A stretch of 64,000 bases of DNA from Lytechinus pictus (lineage: Eukaryota): the NCBI RefSeq assembly GCF_037042905.1, contig NC_087246.1, positions 10,230,001-10,294,000 of the forward strand, in the 5' to 3' direction. This document shows, one piece after another, positions 1 to 11,972 of this stretch; position 1 is the first letter of the stretch, and the number at the start of each line of letters is the position of its first letter. Below the pieces are notes generated by a model. The model searched no databases and was not told the DNA's origin. It worked only from the letters and a program-made list of their open reading frames with translations. Position numbers and translations under genes: made by a program.

Positions 1-280
1 ATAATAATATGAATATTTTTCAGAAAAAAAAATTTGAGGCACAGCCACAGGAAATACTTTTTTTTTGCATGGTAAATTGAGTGCGTAGCCGTAGCTTTAG
101 CCTAGGACCCCTTCTACATTGGGTGGCAAAATCAAGAGATGTTCGGAAAACACGGCGGGATTTTCGTATTAGTAAAGACATTAGGACCTAAGTTAGACCT
201 AGTGAGTTTTGCGATATTTTCTTCTTAATCTTGGTTAGGCCTTAGGGCCTAGCCACTCTAGGCGACACCCCAATACTTAC

Positions 281-500
281 CCGTGTTAATAAACTGGGAC
301 TCCACTCACGCACATTTGGGCCGCCCTAGCTTGGAACTAAGCATCAATATCAATTTAAAATATATATCTACAAGTTATGTATAACCTATTTACTACTTTG
401 ATAATGCTTAATCGGTACTCACCAGTTCTTTTGATGTATTTTCTCAAGAATTCCCACGGATTTGTCCCAAATCTTGCGACAAACCACGTCGCGGTAGACA
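281..500 (-). other. Possible non-coding 5' exons (~500-423 and 336-281) of a minus-strand gene lying left of the window
   Basis: Minus-strand donors CTG|GTGAGT (422-417) and CGG|GTAAGT (280-275), and an acceptor TAG at 339-337, in locally CpG-richer sequence. Exon 336-281 has stops in all frames. Confidence 0.3.
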
Positions 501-1167
501 GCTGTACATTCTTTTTTATTTATAAATAGAGCGCCCCTTTACGATAGTTGTTAAGAACGCGGCCAAATTGTTAGGTTTTTTGCACTGTGTCCAAGGCGTT
601 TTTATTTTGTTTGATTTTTTATTTTTTAATAAATATTTTGTTAAATAGCGAATTTTACGTCAATATTAAATTTATATCACAAAATATTTTTAATTGTAGA
701 AATATATATAATATCATGCAATTATTTATTCTATATATATTTTATAATAAAATTTATAATTGTTGCGGTCTTTAAAAAAGGATAGTCGATCGATCAGGTG
801 ATGACTACTCGTATCACGTGATCTGAAAATCAGCTTCGTACCGCTTTGATCGCACTCGACGGGACCGGACTGACTGCCAAGAAAAGATCGAAAAAGGACT
901 CAAATGTAAGTTTCCCTTTATTTTATAACATTTAAAGTATGAGTAGGATTATAGTTAATGGGCAATTTTTTAATAAATGCTAAACAAATGAGGACAAAGC
1001 TTGCATTTTTCTAGTAATAATCACTAATATCATAAAAATACTTGGGTGCAGGACTTCTAACCTGTTTTTAACGCATTGTCGCCTATGAGGTCCATACATG
1101 TTAATGTTTGGACCTCATTGGTACTAGGAGTGGGCCTAGCCTAGGCTAATTGACTTAGAAATAGAAT

Positions 1168-1855
1168 TAGGGTGTCTGAAGCCACACTGAAAAGTGTCAG
1201 CATAAAACAGGCTAATTTAGGGGAAAATATGGCACATTTTTTCGGGGAAGTTCAGGCTACTAGAAAAATGTGATCTGAATTGATTATTAACTTGTGTTTG
1301 GCATGTATGGAAAGAGAAAATTCAGGGGCTTCTTTTGACAGTCAGGACAAGTTTATATGATCATTTTAAATAAGGATTTAGAGATAAATTGCAAACCCTT
1401 ATTTTTGTGTGTGTTGAGATTGCCATTTCTCCATGCGTTTTCTATGGGAAAATGAAATTTCTGTTTTGCACAATTTTTTTCACTTTGTCTCAATTTTTCA
1501 TTGTGATCTGGTTTCCAAATCTTTATAAAAATCATACCATCAGATAGAGCATAAAAAATCCTATTGGACTCTTTATGGACAAGTTTTTGGCATTAATAAT
1601 AAATTTATAACAGCTCTCGGAAGCTAAAAATTAGGATTTGTGTGTGTCCATTTCTTAACTACAGAGTACAGTCTATGGCAGAGAAATGCTGAAAATTTAC
1701 CTAATTTCATTCTTTTTTTTTTGCAGCCAATAATTGGATTTTTTTCAAAAATGTTACATTTCTGTCAGTCTGAAGGTCATTTCTCTTCAAATTCACAAAG
1801 AAAACATGATATTTTCTTGAAATAAGAAAAATAATTTTTTTCTCCAGACACCCTA
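1168..1855. mobile_element. Palindromic MITE with TAGGGTGTCTG...CAGACACCCTA termini
   Basis: 11-bp terminal inverted repeat (1168-1178 and 1845-1855; the outer TA may be the TSD) plus weaker internal inverted similarity. No ORF. Confidence 0.6.
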
Positions 1856-2699
1856 ATACTGTTTGCCACAAATTAGTGACAGATATTTGTTGAAATATTA
1901 AAATTGGGATAGTTTTTATTGTTTGAAAACAAAGTGCATAGCTTTAAGTCCCCCCATCATATGTAGTGTAGTAAAATGTTACAGCCACACGCTTGTATGT
2001 GAGTAGACAGGAATAACCGTCGTTTCTGGGGATTTATTCAACAATTTCTGACATTTTACTGTAATCCCCATTTACCGACGGTAGGGTGTACGTGTGGGCT
2101 CGCATGTGTTCTCATTCCCTCCCTTTTGTCAATTCACAGTCCAAAGTTTGATGTAATTTTACACATCGAATTTACAATCTAAGGATGTATAAACAACAAA
2201 CTTTTAAAACTTGATTTTTTAATGTTTAAACACTTTAAACGATATAGATGAAAAAGGCATGAAAAATATACTTTACCGATGTTTAATTGGGTTGAACACG
2301 ATAAAAATGGTCAAAATGGCAGCCAAACTATAAAATATTTACAAACGAACGTCAACAATCACGAATGTGATATCGATATTGCTTTCGATATTATACGATC
2401 TGCTCCATATGCGAACGAAACCGAAGATAAACGATACTAGTTATACTAGTACTAGTACTAGTTATAATCGCGATATATCGATTCGAGACATTAAGTTAAT
2501 AACGATAATGACGTCATTCAAGATGGCAACTTGCAAGAAAAACCGTCAGGTCAGGTGAAAATGTCTTAGATGACAGATTTCTCAATCATCCAGAGGATTT
2601 TTTTCAATAACTCCGGCCCAAGGTATGCAATTACTAATTATTATTTATATTTCCCTGATAATGGAAACCTTGAAACTTTCAATTTTGCTTAAAAAACAG

Positions 2700-5491
2700 G
2701 GAACAACTGCAGAATACCCGGACACTGCGTTACCTTATCGTTGGAGAGCCAACGCACAACGATGTACTTAAGCTATCAAATCAGAAAATCAGCTATAATA
2801 AATAATTGAATGATTTACAACTTACAAGTATTTTTTGAATAGATTCTAAGTGTTCAGACTGCACTGTAACGCTAACGATGCGAGCGCGCGCGATTAGTAT
2901 GTAGACCAACAGTGTCCACGATGCCAACGATGTGTATATTTTCGTAGTACGTGTAGGCCAACACAGTCCGCGATGCTAGCGGTGCGTTGGTGTCCGTAGT
3001 ACAGGCCAACACTGCCCGCGATGCCAACGATCTATATATATATCTGTGTGCATCTGTAGTATGTAGGCCGACATTGCCCGCGATGCCAACGATGTGTATA
3101 TTTTCGTAGTACGTGTAGGCCAACACAGTCCGCGATGGTAGCGGTGTGTTGGTGTCTGTAGTCGGTACAGGCCAACACTGCCCTCGATGCCAACGATCTA
3201 TATCTGTGTTCTGTAGTATGTAGACCAACAGTGTCCGCGATGCCAACGATGTGTATATTTCCGTAGTATGTGTAGACCAACATTGCCCGCGATGCCAACG
3301 ATGTGTTGGTGTCTGTAGTACAGGCCAACATTGCCCTCGATGCCAACGATGCGATCATATCTGTAGTTGCCTATGTAAACCAACATTGCCCACCATGGCA
3401 ACGATGTGTTGGTGTCTGTAGTACATGCCAACAGTGCCCGTGATGCCAACGATGCGATCATATCTGTAGTTTCCTATGTAGACCAACATTGCCCGCGATG
3501 CCAACGATGTGTTGGTGTCTGTACTGTAGAGTACAGGCTAACATTGCCCTCGATGCCAACGATGTGAATGTATCTTTAGTAGGTATAGGCCAACAGCGCC
3601 CGCGATGCCAACGATGTGTTGGTGCCTGTAGTAGATGCCAACAGTGCCAACGATGCCAACAATGTAAATGTATCTTTAGTACGTATAGGCCAACAGCGCC
3701 GGCCAGGATGCCAACGATGTGTTGGTGTCTGTAGTATAGGCCAACCTTGCCCGCGATGCCAACGATGTGAATGTATCTTTTGTATGTATAGGCCAACAGC
3801 GCCCGCGATGCCAACGATGTGTTGGTGCCTGTAGTAGATGCCAACAGTGCCAACGATGCCAACAATGTAAATGTATCTTTAGTACGTATAGGCCAACAGC
3901 GCCGGCCAGGATGCCAACGATGTGTTGGTGTCTGTAGTACAGGCCAACCTTGCCATCGATGCCAACGATGTGAATGTATCTTTAGTAAGTATAGGCCAAC
4001 TTTGCCGGCGATGCCAACGATGTGAACGTATGTTTAGTATGTATATACCAACAGCGCCCGCGATGCCAACGATGTGTTGGTGCCTGTAGTAGATGCCAAC
4101 AGTGCCAACGATGTGAATGTATCTTACATAGGCCAACATTGCCGGCGATGCCAACGATGTGAATATGCCTGTAGTAGAGGCCAACATTGCCGGCGATGCC
4201 AACGATGTGAATATGCCTGTAGTAGAGGCCAACATTGCCGGCGATGCCAACGATGTGAATGTATCTTTAGTAAGTATAGGCCAACTTTGCCGGCGATGCC
4301 AACGATGTGAATGTATGTTTAGTATGTATATACCAACAGCGCCCGCGATGCCAACGATGTGTTGGTGCCTGTAGTAGATGCCAACAGTGCCAACGATGTG
4401 AATGTATCTTACATAGGCCAACATTGCCGGCGATGCCAACGATGTGAATATGCCTGTTGTAGAGGCCAACATTGCCGGCGATGNNNNNNNNNNNNNNNNN
4501 NNNNNNNNNNNNNNNNNNNNNNNNNNNNNNNNNNNNNNNNNNNNNNNNNNNNNNNNNNNNNNNNNNNNNNNNNNNNNNNNNNNNNNNNNNNNNNNNNNNN
4601 NNNNNNNNNNNNNNNNNNNNNNNNNNNNNNNNNNNNNNNNNNNNNNNNNNNNNNNNNNNNNNNNNNNNNNNNNNNNNNNNNNNNNNNNNNNNNNNNNNNN
4701 NNNNNNNNNNNNNNNNNNNNNNNNNNNNNNNNNNNNNNNNNNNNNNNNNNNNNNNNNNNNNNNATTGAATTCCTTCAATGGGAATTAAAACTTTATTTCA
4801 TATTTTAATGAAGAAAAAATGAAAATATTTCATGTATAAAAAATACAAAAGAAATAGAGAGTGAATGACATCGATCACCTCACTAACCAGGATATGCATA
4901 TATTAAACTGTTTTGTGAAACCATACTTTGAAACGCTTGCCAACGATGTTTTGAATGTTGCATTGCACGGTCACATCGTTGGTCGTTGGCTAGCGGCGCA
5001 CCCAACGATGTATAGCAATAGCTAGTAGTAGTAGGTAATTTAAAAGAGTGTATTAATCTTGTACTATTGCACCTTCACATCGTGGGTCGTTGGTTAGCCA
5101 ACGATGTTTTAAATGTTACATGGCACCGTCACATCGTTGGTCGTTGGCTAGCGATGTTTTGAATATTATATTGCACCGTCCGTACCGTCACAACGTGGGT
5201 CGTTGGCTAGCAGCGCACCCAACGATGTTTAATTATAGCTCTAGTAGTAGTCAAAGGGCAAAGGTCATTACGTATGGCCTGGATGCATTGCTCGTACGTA
5301 CCGTCATACGTACGTACGTACGTAGTATAGTAGTAGTAGTAGTACCAGTAATGCATGTACGTATATAATAGTATGGATATATCTAGGCTATATACCATTG
5401 AATTAGTATATAGCTATAGGTCTTGACATCGTTGTGTTGGCTGACCAACGATTGGGTAGTGAGCAGTGTCGGGGTATTCTGCAGTTAAGCC
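2700..5491. mobile_element. Nested TIR element (GG..CC termini, 8-bp TSD; Merlin/Mutator-like, non-autonomous) with an internal minisatellite
   Basis: ~70-bp imperfect TIRs (GGAACAACTGCAGAATACCCGGACACTGC.. versus ..GCAGTGTCGGGGTATTCTGCAGTTAAGCC), flanked by AAAAACAG at 2692-2699 and 5492-5499. Contains the assembly gap 4484-4763. Confidence 0.7.
2875..4483 (+). repeat. Complex minisatellite: ~31-bp core GGCCAACAYTGCCCGCGATGCCAACGATGTG alternating with a few recurrent 15-30-bp linkers (second copy 7075-8683)
   Basis: About 30 cores run into an N gap. The linkers belong to a few related types (TTGGTGTCTGTAGTACA, AATGTATCTTTAGTAAGTATA, AATATGCCTGTAGTAGA). The overlapping ORFs here are repeat artefacts. 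Confidence 0.95.
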
Positions 5492-8400
5492 AAAAACAGT
5501 TTTAAATCGCGATCTATAAAACGCTAGTTCACTATACGTTGGCTGTAGGTACGGGGCCCCATCCCCTTCAGTCTATGTATGGTGAGTGGAGCCAACGTAG
5601 TTCAGCGGAACAACCAAAATACAGAGACTGAAGCTTTTGGTCTAGTATGTGAGTGACTGTGACTGAAAAAATAACACTGCAAAAAAAAATAACTCTTACT
5701 CTTAGACTTAGTAACAAACATCGATTTGAGCGGGTGGGACCGTACTTGGAAAGACGGCGATGAAATTAAATACAAACGAATAGAATTCATATCAAGTTCA
5801 CACAATGAAAACACAGTAGAAAATACTTACATGATGTAGAATAACGTCATAGAATTGTGTTTTAATGTCTGTAATGAACATAATGTTGCTGACTTGGAAG
5901 TAAATATAATAAATCTGATGACAATAGGCTCCAATACTATTTCATTTTTCCCGCGGATGAGGGTCAAAAGGTAATATGCTGAAGTTAGAAGTAATTTCGG
6001 CACGGGGATACTTTATAAAATTGCCAATTTAAAAATTTAGAAGAAACGAAATGTATTCTGTACTTAGAAGAGGTATTGATCTTGATGTAACTCATATGCA
6101 GTGGCGTAGCTATACATACGGCGCGGGCGGGGGGGGGGGGGGGGGGGCAGGTGGGCACGTGCCCCCCCCCCCCCTGAAAAAAATTGGCTGAGCAAAAAAA
6201 GGAGAGAAAGAACGAAAAAAAGAAGGGAAAGATAGAAGAAAAAAGAGGGGGAAATGAAGAGGAGGGAGACAAGTGAATAAAAAAGGTGAGGGGAAGACTT
6301 TAAAAAAAAATTCATGTCACGATATAAAATTTTCATTCACGTTCTCCTTGTCTGACGTTCGATGAGATTCATATCTTGCTCAATATAGGTTAATATGGAG
6401 CTTAACGTATTAATTAATTTAATTTTTAAACACTTTAAACGATATAGATGAAAAAGGCATGAAAAATATACTTTACCGATGTTTAATTGGGTTGAACACG
6501 ATAAAAATGGTCAAAATGGCAGCCAAACTATAAAATATTTACAAACGAACGTCAACAATCACGAATGTGATATCGATATTGCTTTCGATATTATACGATC
6601 TGCTCCATATGCGAACGAAACCGAAGATAAACGATACTAGTTATACTAGTACTAGTACTAGTTATAATCGCGATATATCGATTCGAGACATTAAGTTAAT
6701 AACGATAATGACGTCATTCAAGATGGCAACTTGCAAGAAAAACCGTCAGGTCAGGTGAAAATGTCTTAGATGACAGATTTCTCAATCATCCAGAGGATTT
6801 TTTTCAATAACTCCGGCCCAAGGTATGCAATTACTAATTATTATTTATATTTCCCTGATAATGGAAACCATGAAACTTTCAATTTTGCTTAAAAAACAGG
6901 GAACAACTGCAGAATACCCGGACACTGCGTTACCTTATCGTTGGAGAGCCAACGCACAACGATGTACTTAAGCTATCAAATCAGAAAATCAGCTATAATA
7001 AATAATTGAATGATTTACAACTTACAAGTATTTTTTGAATAGATTCTAAGTGTTCAGACTGCACTGTAACGCTAACGATGCGAGCGCGCGCGATTAGTAT
7101 GTAGACCAACAGTGTCCACGATGCCAACGATGTGTATATTTTCGTAGTACGTGTAGGCCAACACAGTCCGCGATGCTAGCGGTGCGTTGGTGTCCGTAGT
7201 ACAGGCCAACACTGCCCGCGATGCCAACGATCTATATATATATCTGTGTGCATCTGTAGTATGTAGGCCGACATTGCCCGCGATGCCAACGATGTGTATA
7301 TTTTCGTAGTACGTGTAGGCCAACACAGTCCGCGATGGTAGCGGTGTGTTGGTGTCTGTAGTCGGTACAGGCCAACACTGCCCTCGATGCCAACGATCTA
7401 TATCTGTGTTCTGTAGTATGTAGACCAACAGTGTCCGCGATGCCAACGATGTGTATATTTCCGTAGTATGTGTAGACCAACATTGCCCGCGATGCCAACG
7501 ATGTGTTGGTGTCTGTAGTACAGGCCAACATTGCCCTCGATGCCAACGATGCGATCATATCTGTAGTTGCCTATGTAAACCAACATTGCCCACCATGGCA
7601 ACGATGTGTTGGTGTCTGTAGTACATGCCAACAGTGCCCGTGATGCCAACGATGCGATCATATCTGTAGTTTCCTATGTAGACCAACATTGCCCGCGATG
7701 CCAACGATGTGTTGGTGTCTGTACTGTAGAGTACAGGCTAACATTGCCCTCGATGCCAACGATGTGAATGTATCTTTAGTAGGTATAGGCCAACAGCGCC
7801 CGCGATGCCAACGATGTGTTGGTGCCTGTAGTAGATGCCAACAGTGCCAACGATGCCAACAATGTAAATGTATCTTTAGTACGTATAGGCCAACAGCGCC
7901 GGCCAGGATGCCAACGATGTGTTGGTGTCTGTAGTATAGGCCAACCTTGCCCGCGATGCCAACGATGTGAATGTATCTTTTGTATGTATAGGCCAACAGC
8001 GCCCGCGATGCCAACGATGTGTTGGTGCCTGTAGTAGATGCCAACAGTGCCAACGATGCCAACAATGTAAATGTATCTTTAGTACGTATAGGCCAACAGC
8101 GCCGGCCAGGATGCCAACGATGTGTTGGTGTCTGTAGTACAGGCCAACCTTGCCATTGATGCCAACGATGTGAATGTATCTTTAGTAAGTATAGGCCAAC
8201 TTTGCCGGCGATGCCAACGATGTGAACGTATGTTTAGTATGTATATACCAACAGCGCCCGCGATGCCAACGATGTGTTGGTGCCTGTAGTAGATGCCAAC
8301 AGTGCCAACGATGTGAATGTATCTTACATAGGCCAACATTGCCGGCGATGCCAACGATGTGAATATGCCTGTAGTAGAGGCCAACATTGCCGGCGATGCC

Positions 8401-10291
8401 AACGATGTGAATATGCCTGTAGTAGAGGCCAACATTGCCGGCGATGCCAACGATGTGAATGTATCTTTAGTAAGTATAGGCCAACTTTGCCGGCGATGCC
8501 AACGATGTGAATGTATGTTTAGTATGTATATACCAACAGCGCCCGCGATGCCAACGATGTGTTGGTGCCTGTAGTAGATGCCAACAGTGCCAACGATGTG
8601 AATGTATCTTACATAGGCCAACATTGCCGGCGATGCCAACGATGTGAATATGCCTGTTGTAGAGGCCAACATTGCCGGCGATGNNNNNNNNNNNNNNNNN
8701 NNNNNNNNNNNNNNNNNNNNNNNNNNNNNNNNNNNNNNNNNNNNNNNNNNNNNNNNNNNNNNNNNNNNNNNNNNNNNNNNNNNNNNNNNNNNNNNNNNNN
8801 NNNNNNNNNNNNNNNNNNNNNNNNNNNNNNNNNNNNNNNNNNNNNNNNNNNNNNNNNNNNNNNNNNNNNNNNNNNNNNNNNNNNNNNNNNNNNNNNNNNN
8901 NNNNNNNNNNNNNNNNNNNNNNNNNNNNNNNNNNNNNNNNNNNNNNNNNNNNNNNNATTGAATTCCTTCAATGGGAATTAAAACTTTATTTCATATTTTA
9001 ATGAAGAAAAAATGAAAATATTTCATGTATAAAAAATACAAAAGAAATAGAGAGTGAATGACATCGATCACCTCACTAACCAGGATATGCATATATTAAA
9101 CTGTTTTGTGAAACCATACTTTGAAACGCTTGCCAACGATGTTTTGAATGTTGCATTGCACGGTCACATCGTTGGTCGTTGGCTAGCGGCGCACCCAACG
9201 ATGTATAGCAATAGCTAGTAGTAGTAGGTAATTTAAAAGAGTGTATTAATCTTGTACTATTGCACCTTCACATCGTGGGTCGTTGGTTAGCCAACGATGT
9301 TTTAAATGTTACATGGCACCGTCACATCGTTGGTCGTTGGCTAGCGATGTTTTGAATATTATATTGCACCGTCCGTACCGTCACAACGTGGGTCGTTGGC
9401 TAGCAGCGCACCCAACGATGTTTAATTATAGCTCTAGTAGTAGTCAAAGGGCAAAGGTCATTACGTATGGCCTGGATGCATTGCTCGTACGTACCGTCAT
9501 ACGTACGTACGTACGTAGTATAGTAGTAGTAGTAGTACCAGTAATGCATGTACGTATATAATAGTATGGATATATCTAGGCTATATACCATTGAATTAGT
9601 ATATAGCTATAGGTCTTGACATCGTTGTGTTGGCTGACCAACGATTGGGTAGTGAGCAGTGTCGGGGTATTCTGCAGTTAAGCCAAAAACAGTTTTAAAT
9701 CGCGATCTATAAAACGCTAGTTCACTATACGTTGGCTGTAGGTACGGGGCCCCATCCCCTTCAGTCTATGTATGGTGAGTGGAGCCAACGTAGTTCAGCG
9801 GAACAACCAAAATACAGAGACTGAAGCTTTTGGTCTAGTATGTGAGTGACTGTGACTGAAAAAATAACACTGCAAAAAAAAATAACTCTTACTCTTAGAC
9901 TTAGTAACAAACATCGATTTGAGCGGGTGGGACCGTACTTGGAAAGACGGCGATGAAATTAAATACAAACGAATAGAATTCATATCAAGTTCACACAATG
10001 AAAACACAGTAGAAAATACTTACATGATGTAGAATAACGTCATAGAATTGTGTTTTAATGTCTGTAATGAACATAATGTTGCTGACTTGGAAGTAAATAT
10101 AATAAATCTGATGACAATAGGCTCCAATACTATTTCATTTTTCCCGCGGATGAGGGTCAAAAGGTAATATGCTGAAGTTAGAAGTAATTTCGGCACGGGG
10201 ATACTTTATAAAATTGCCAATTTAAAAATTTAGAAGAAACGAAATGTATTCTGTACTTAGAAGAGGTATTGATCTTGATGTAACTCATATG

Positions 10292-11674
10292 CAGTGGCGT
10301 AGCTATACATACGGCGCGGGCGGGGGGGGGGGGGCAGGTGGGCACGTGCCCCCCCCCCCCTGAAAAAAATTGGCTGAGCAAAAAAAGGAGAGAAAGAACG
10401 AAAAAAAGAAGGGAAAGATAGAAGAAAAAAGAGGGGGAAATGAAGAGGAGGGAGACAAGTGAATAAAAAAGGTGAGGGGAAGACTTTAAAAAAAAATTCA
10501 TGTCACGATATAAAATTTTCATTCACGTTCTCCTTGTCTGACGTTCGATGAGATTCATATCTTGCTCAATATAGGTTAATATGGAGCTTAACGTATTAAT
10601 TTTTGAAAGAATATACAAAATATATTTCCAGCTCGGATATCGAGCTTTCATTATTTTTTTTTTATTTACAAAGTGTTCTATAAAATGTCAGTTTTAGTGT
10701 CAATATATTTACATTTTCAGCTCACGCTGCACGGTCGCATTATTTATTAAAGTTTTCAAAATATTCCTTTTCAGATGTGATTATCAAAACGTAGGCGAGT
10801 TATATATACCTCTATCTATATCAATTTTAAAACAAGCTACTGGTACTTAAAATCCCATTTTCATTACGATTGTGAGTTTGCGCTCGCATTAATGTTAAAA
10901 ATGTATTAACCCATGCGTCCTATTCATAACTATACAAAATGCTTAAAATGTCCAGTTTTCAAGACTTAATAATCAACAAATTCCACGCTCTCATTAAGCT
11001 TATTAGATTAATAAATGATAAAATAATTCCCAACAACTCATTGGCCCTTTTTCAGAATGGAATATCGACAAGTTTCATTCGCGGCCCTATAGGAATAATA
11101 GCTAGTCATCATTTTCATATATGATGACAAAATGTTCTTAGAATGTCTCGGTCCTAGGTCAAAATAATACCAAATATATCAGCTAGCGCTTCGCGCTCGC
11201 ATTATTTAGGCAATATTAAGTGTGTCCTCCACATCCACTCATAGTCCTACACAGTGCTTAAAATAGTGCTTAAATTGACCCTTTTCAGATCGGAATATAA
11301 AAATTTTCAGCTCGCGCTTCAAGCTGGCACTATCAAAAAAGATGTATCAAGAATGTCCAGATTCTAGGTCTAAATCTAAAACAGGCTCACGCATGTTTAT
11401 TGATATAGGCAGCTTGTTCTTTTATCCAGTTTTAGATCAAAATATCAATAATTTTCTGCTGGCGCTTCACGCTCTCATTATTAATGTAGGACAAACCCAA
11501 TTACCCATCCCGTTTTCATGATTTACAAAACATGAATCCCTTTCATGATTTCCCCTATTGGCGAAAGCTGGATACGCAAAAAAAAAACACAAACAGATTG
11601 TTGCCCCCCCCCCATTAAAAAGCAAGGACCCCCAGTGCCCCCCCCCCCGAAAAAAAATCCAAGCTACGCCACTG
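10292..11674 (+). mobile_element. hAT-like non-autonomous element, TIR CAGTGGCGTAGCT, carrying GCTCGCGCTTCGCGCTCGCA motif repeats (left end also duplicated at ~6099-6415)
   Basis: 13-bp TIRs CAGTGGCGTAGCT / AGCTACGCCACTG. Flanks CTCATATG / CTCATAAT look like a degenerate TSD. The body is homologous to the 55209-57370 element. Confidence 0.75.
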
Positions 11675-11972
11675 CTCATAATTATGTGAAGATGCTTCTG
11701 CCAATATAGGCCTATATGTTGGGTGCAGCACCACATTGATAGATTGTATTGTATTAAATGTGATGAAAAAGAACGAGACTGCGGGACATTGCAAGTCTTT
11801 AAAATAATAAACAAAACGAAGAAAAGTAAAAAAAAAAAAATACTTTAACTAGTTTTGATTTAGAAAATGAAATATGATTAACAAACAAATTCATGCAAAA
11901 ATTTTGCTTTCTTGTGCCATATACGCTAGATGGGTGCTTTACAGATAGTAATCGCAAATTTGTTGACATATT

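Larger units (their letters stand above)
2004..5644. mobile_element. Non-autonomous DNA transposon with TAGAC..GTCTA termini and 9-bp TSD (AcademH-like); hosts a nested element
   Basis: Perfect 9-bp direct repeat GTATGTGAG at 1995-2003 and 5645-5653 flanks TAGACAG...TTTGGTCTA. The right end (GGAGCCAACGTAGTTCAGCGGAACAACC..AGCTTTTGGTCTA) is shared with the copies at 15859-16276 and 17187-17644. The superfamily label is an inference from the termini and TSD length. Confidence 0.75.
2225..10601 (+). repeat. ~4.2-kb near-identical tandem duplication (2225-6415 / 6425-10601), possibly an assembly artefact
   Basis: By eye the copies differ at 2670/6870, at 3957/8157 and in homopolymer lengths. Both have an N gap with identical flanks (4484-4763, 8684-8956). 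Confidence 0.9.

Noticed and set aside
281-520. CDC45 first exons head-to-head with UFD1, as in vertebrates
   Set aside because: Minus-strand translations show no CDC45-like N-terminus and contain stops.
903-911. ATG at ~904 as the UFD1 start
   Set aside because: The G of the ATG is the G of the GT donor, so it cannot deliver a phase-0 ATG to exon 2. ATG|GT at 14540 fits.
2875-8683. CRISPR array
   Set aside because: Eukaryotic context and no cas genes. The 'spacers' are a few recurrent related sequences, and the array lies within a TIR element, so it is a minisatellite.
2872-9001. Many overlapping Cys/Arg- or Ala/Ser-rich ORFs, and ORFs running through X
   Set aside because: These are translations of the tandem repeat on both strands and of the N gaps. 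No domain or splice support.
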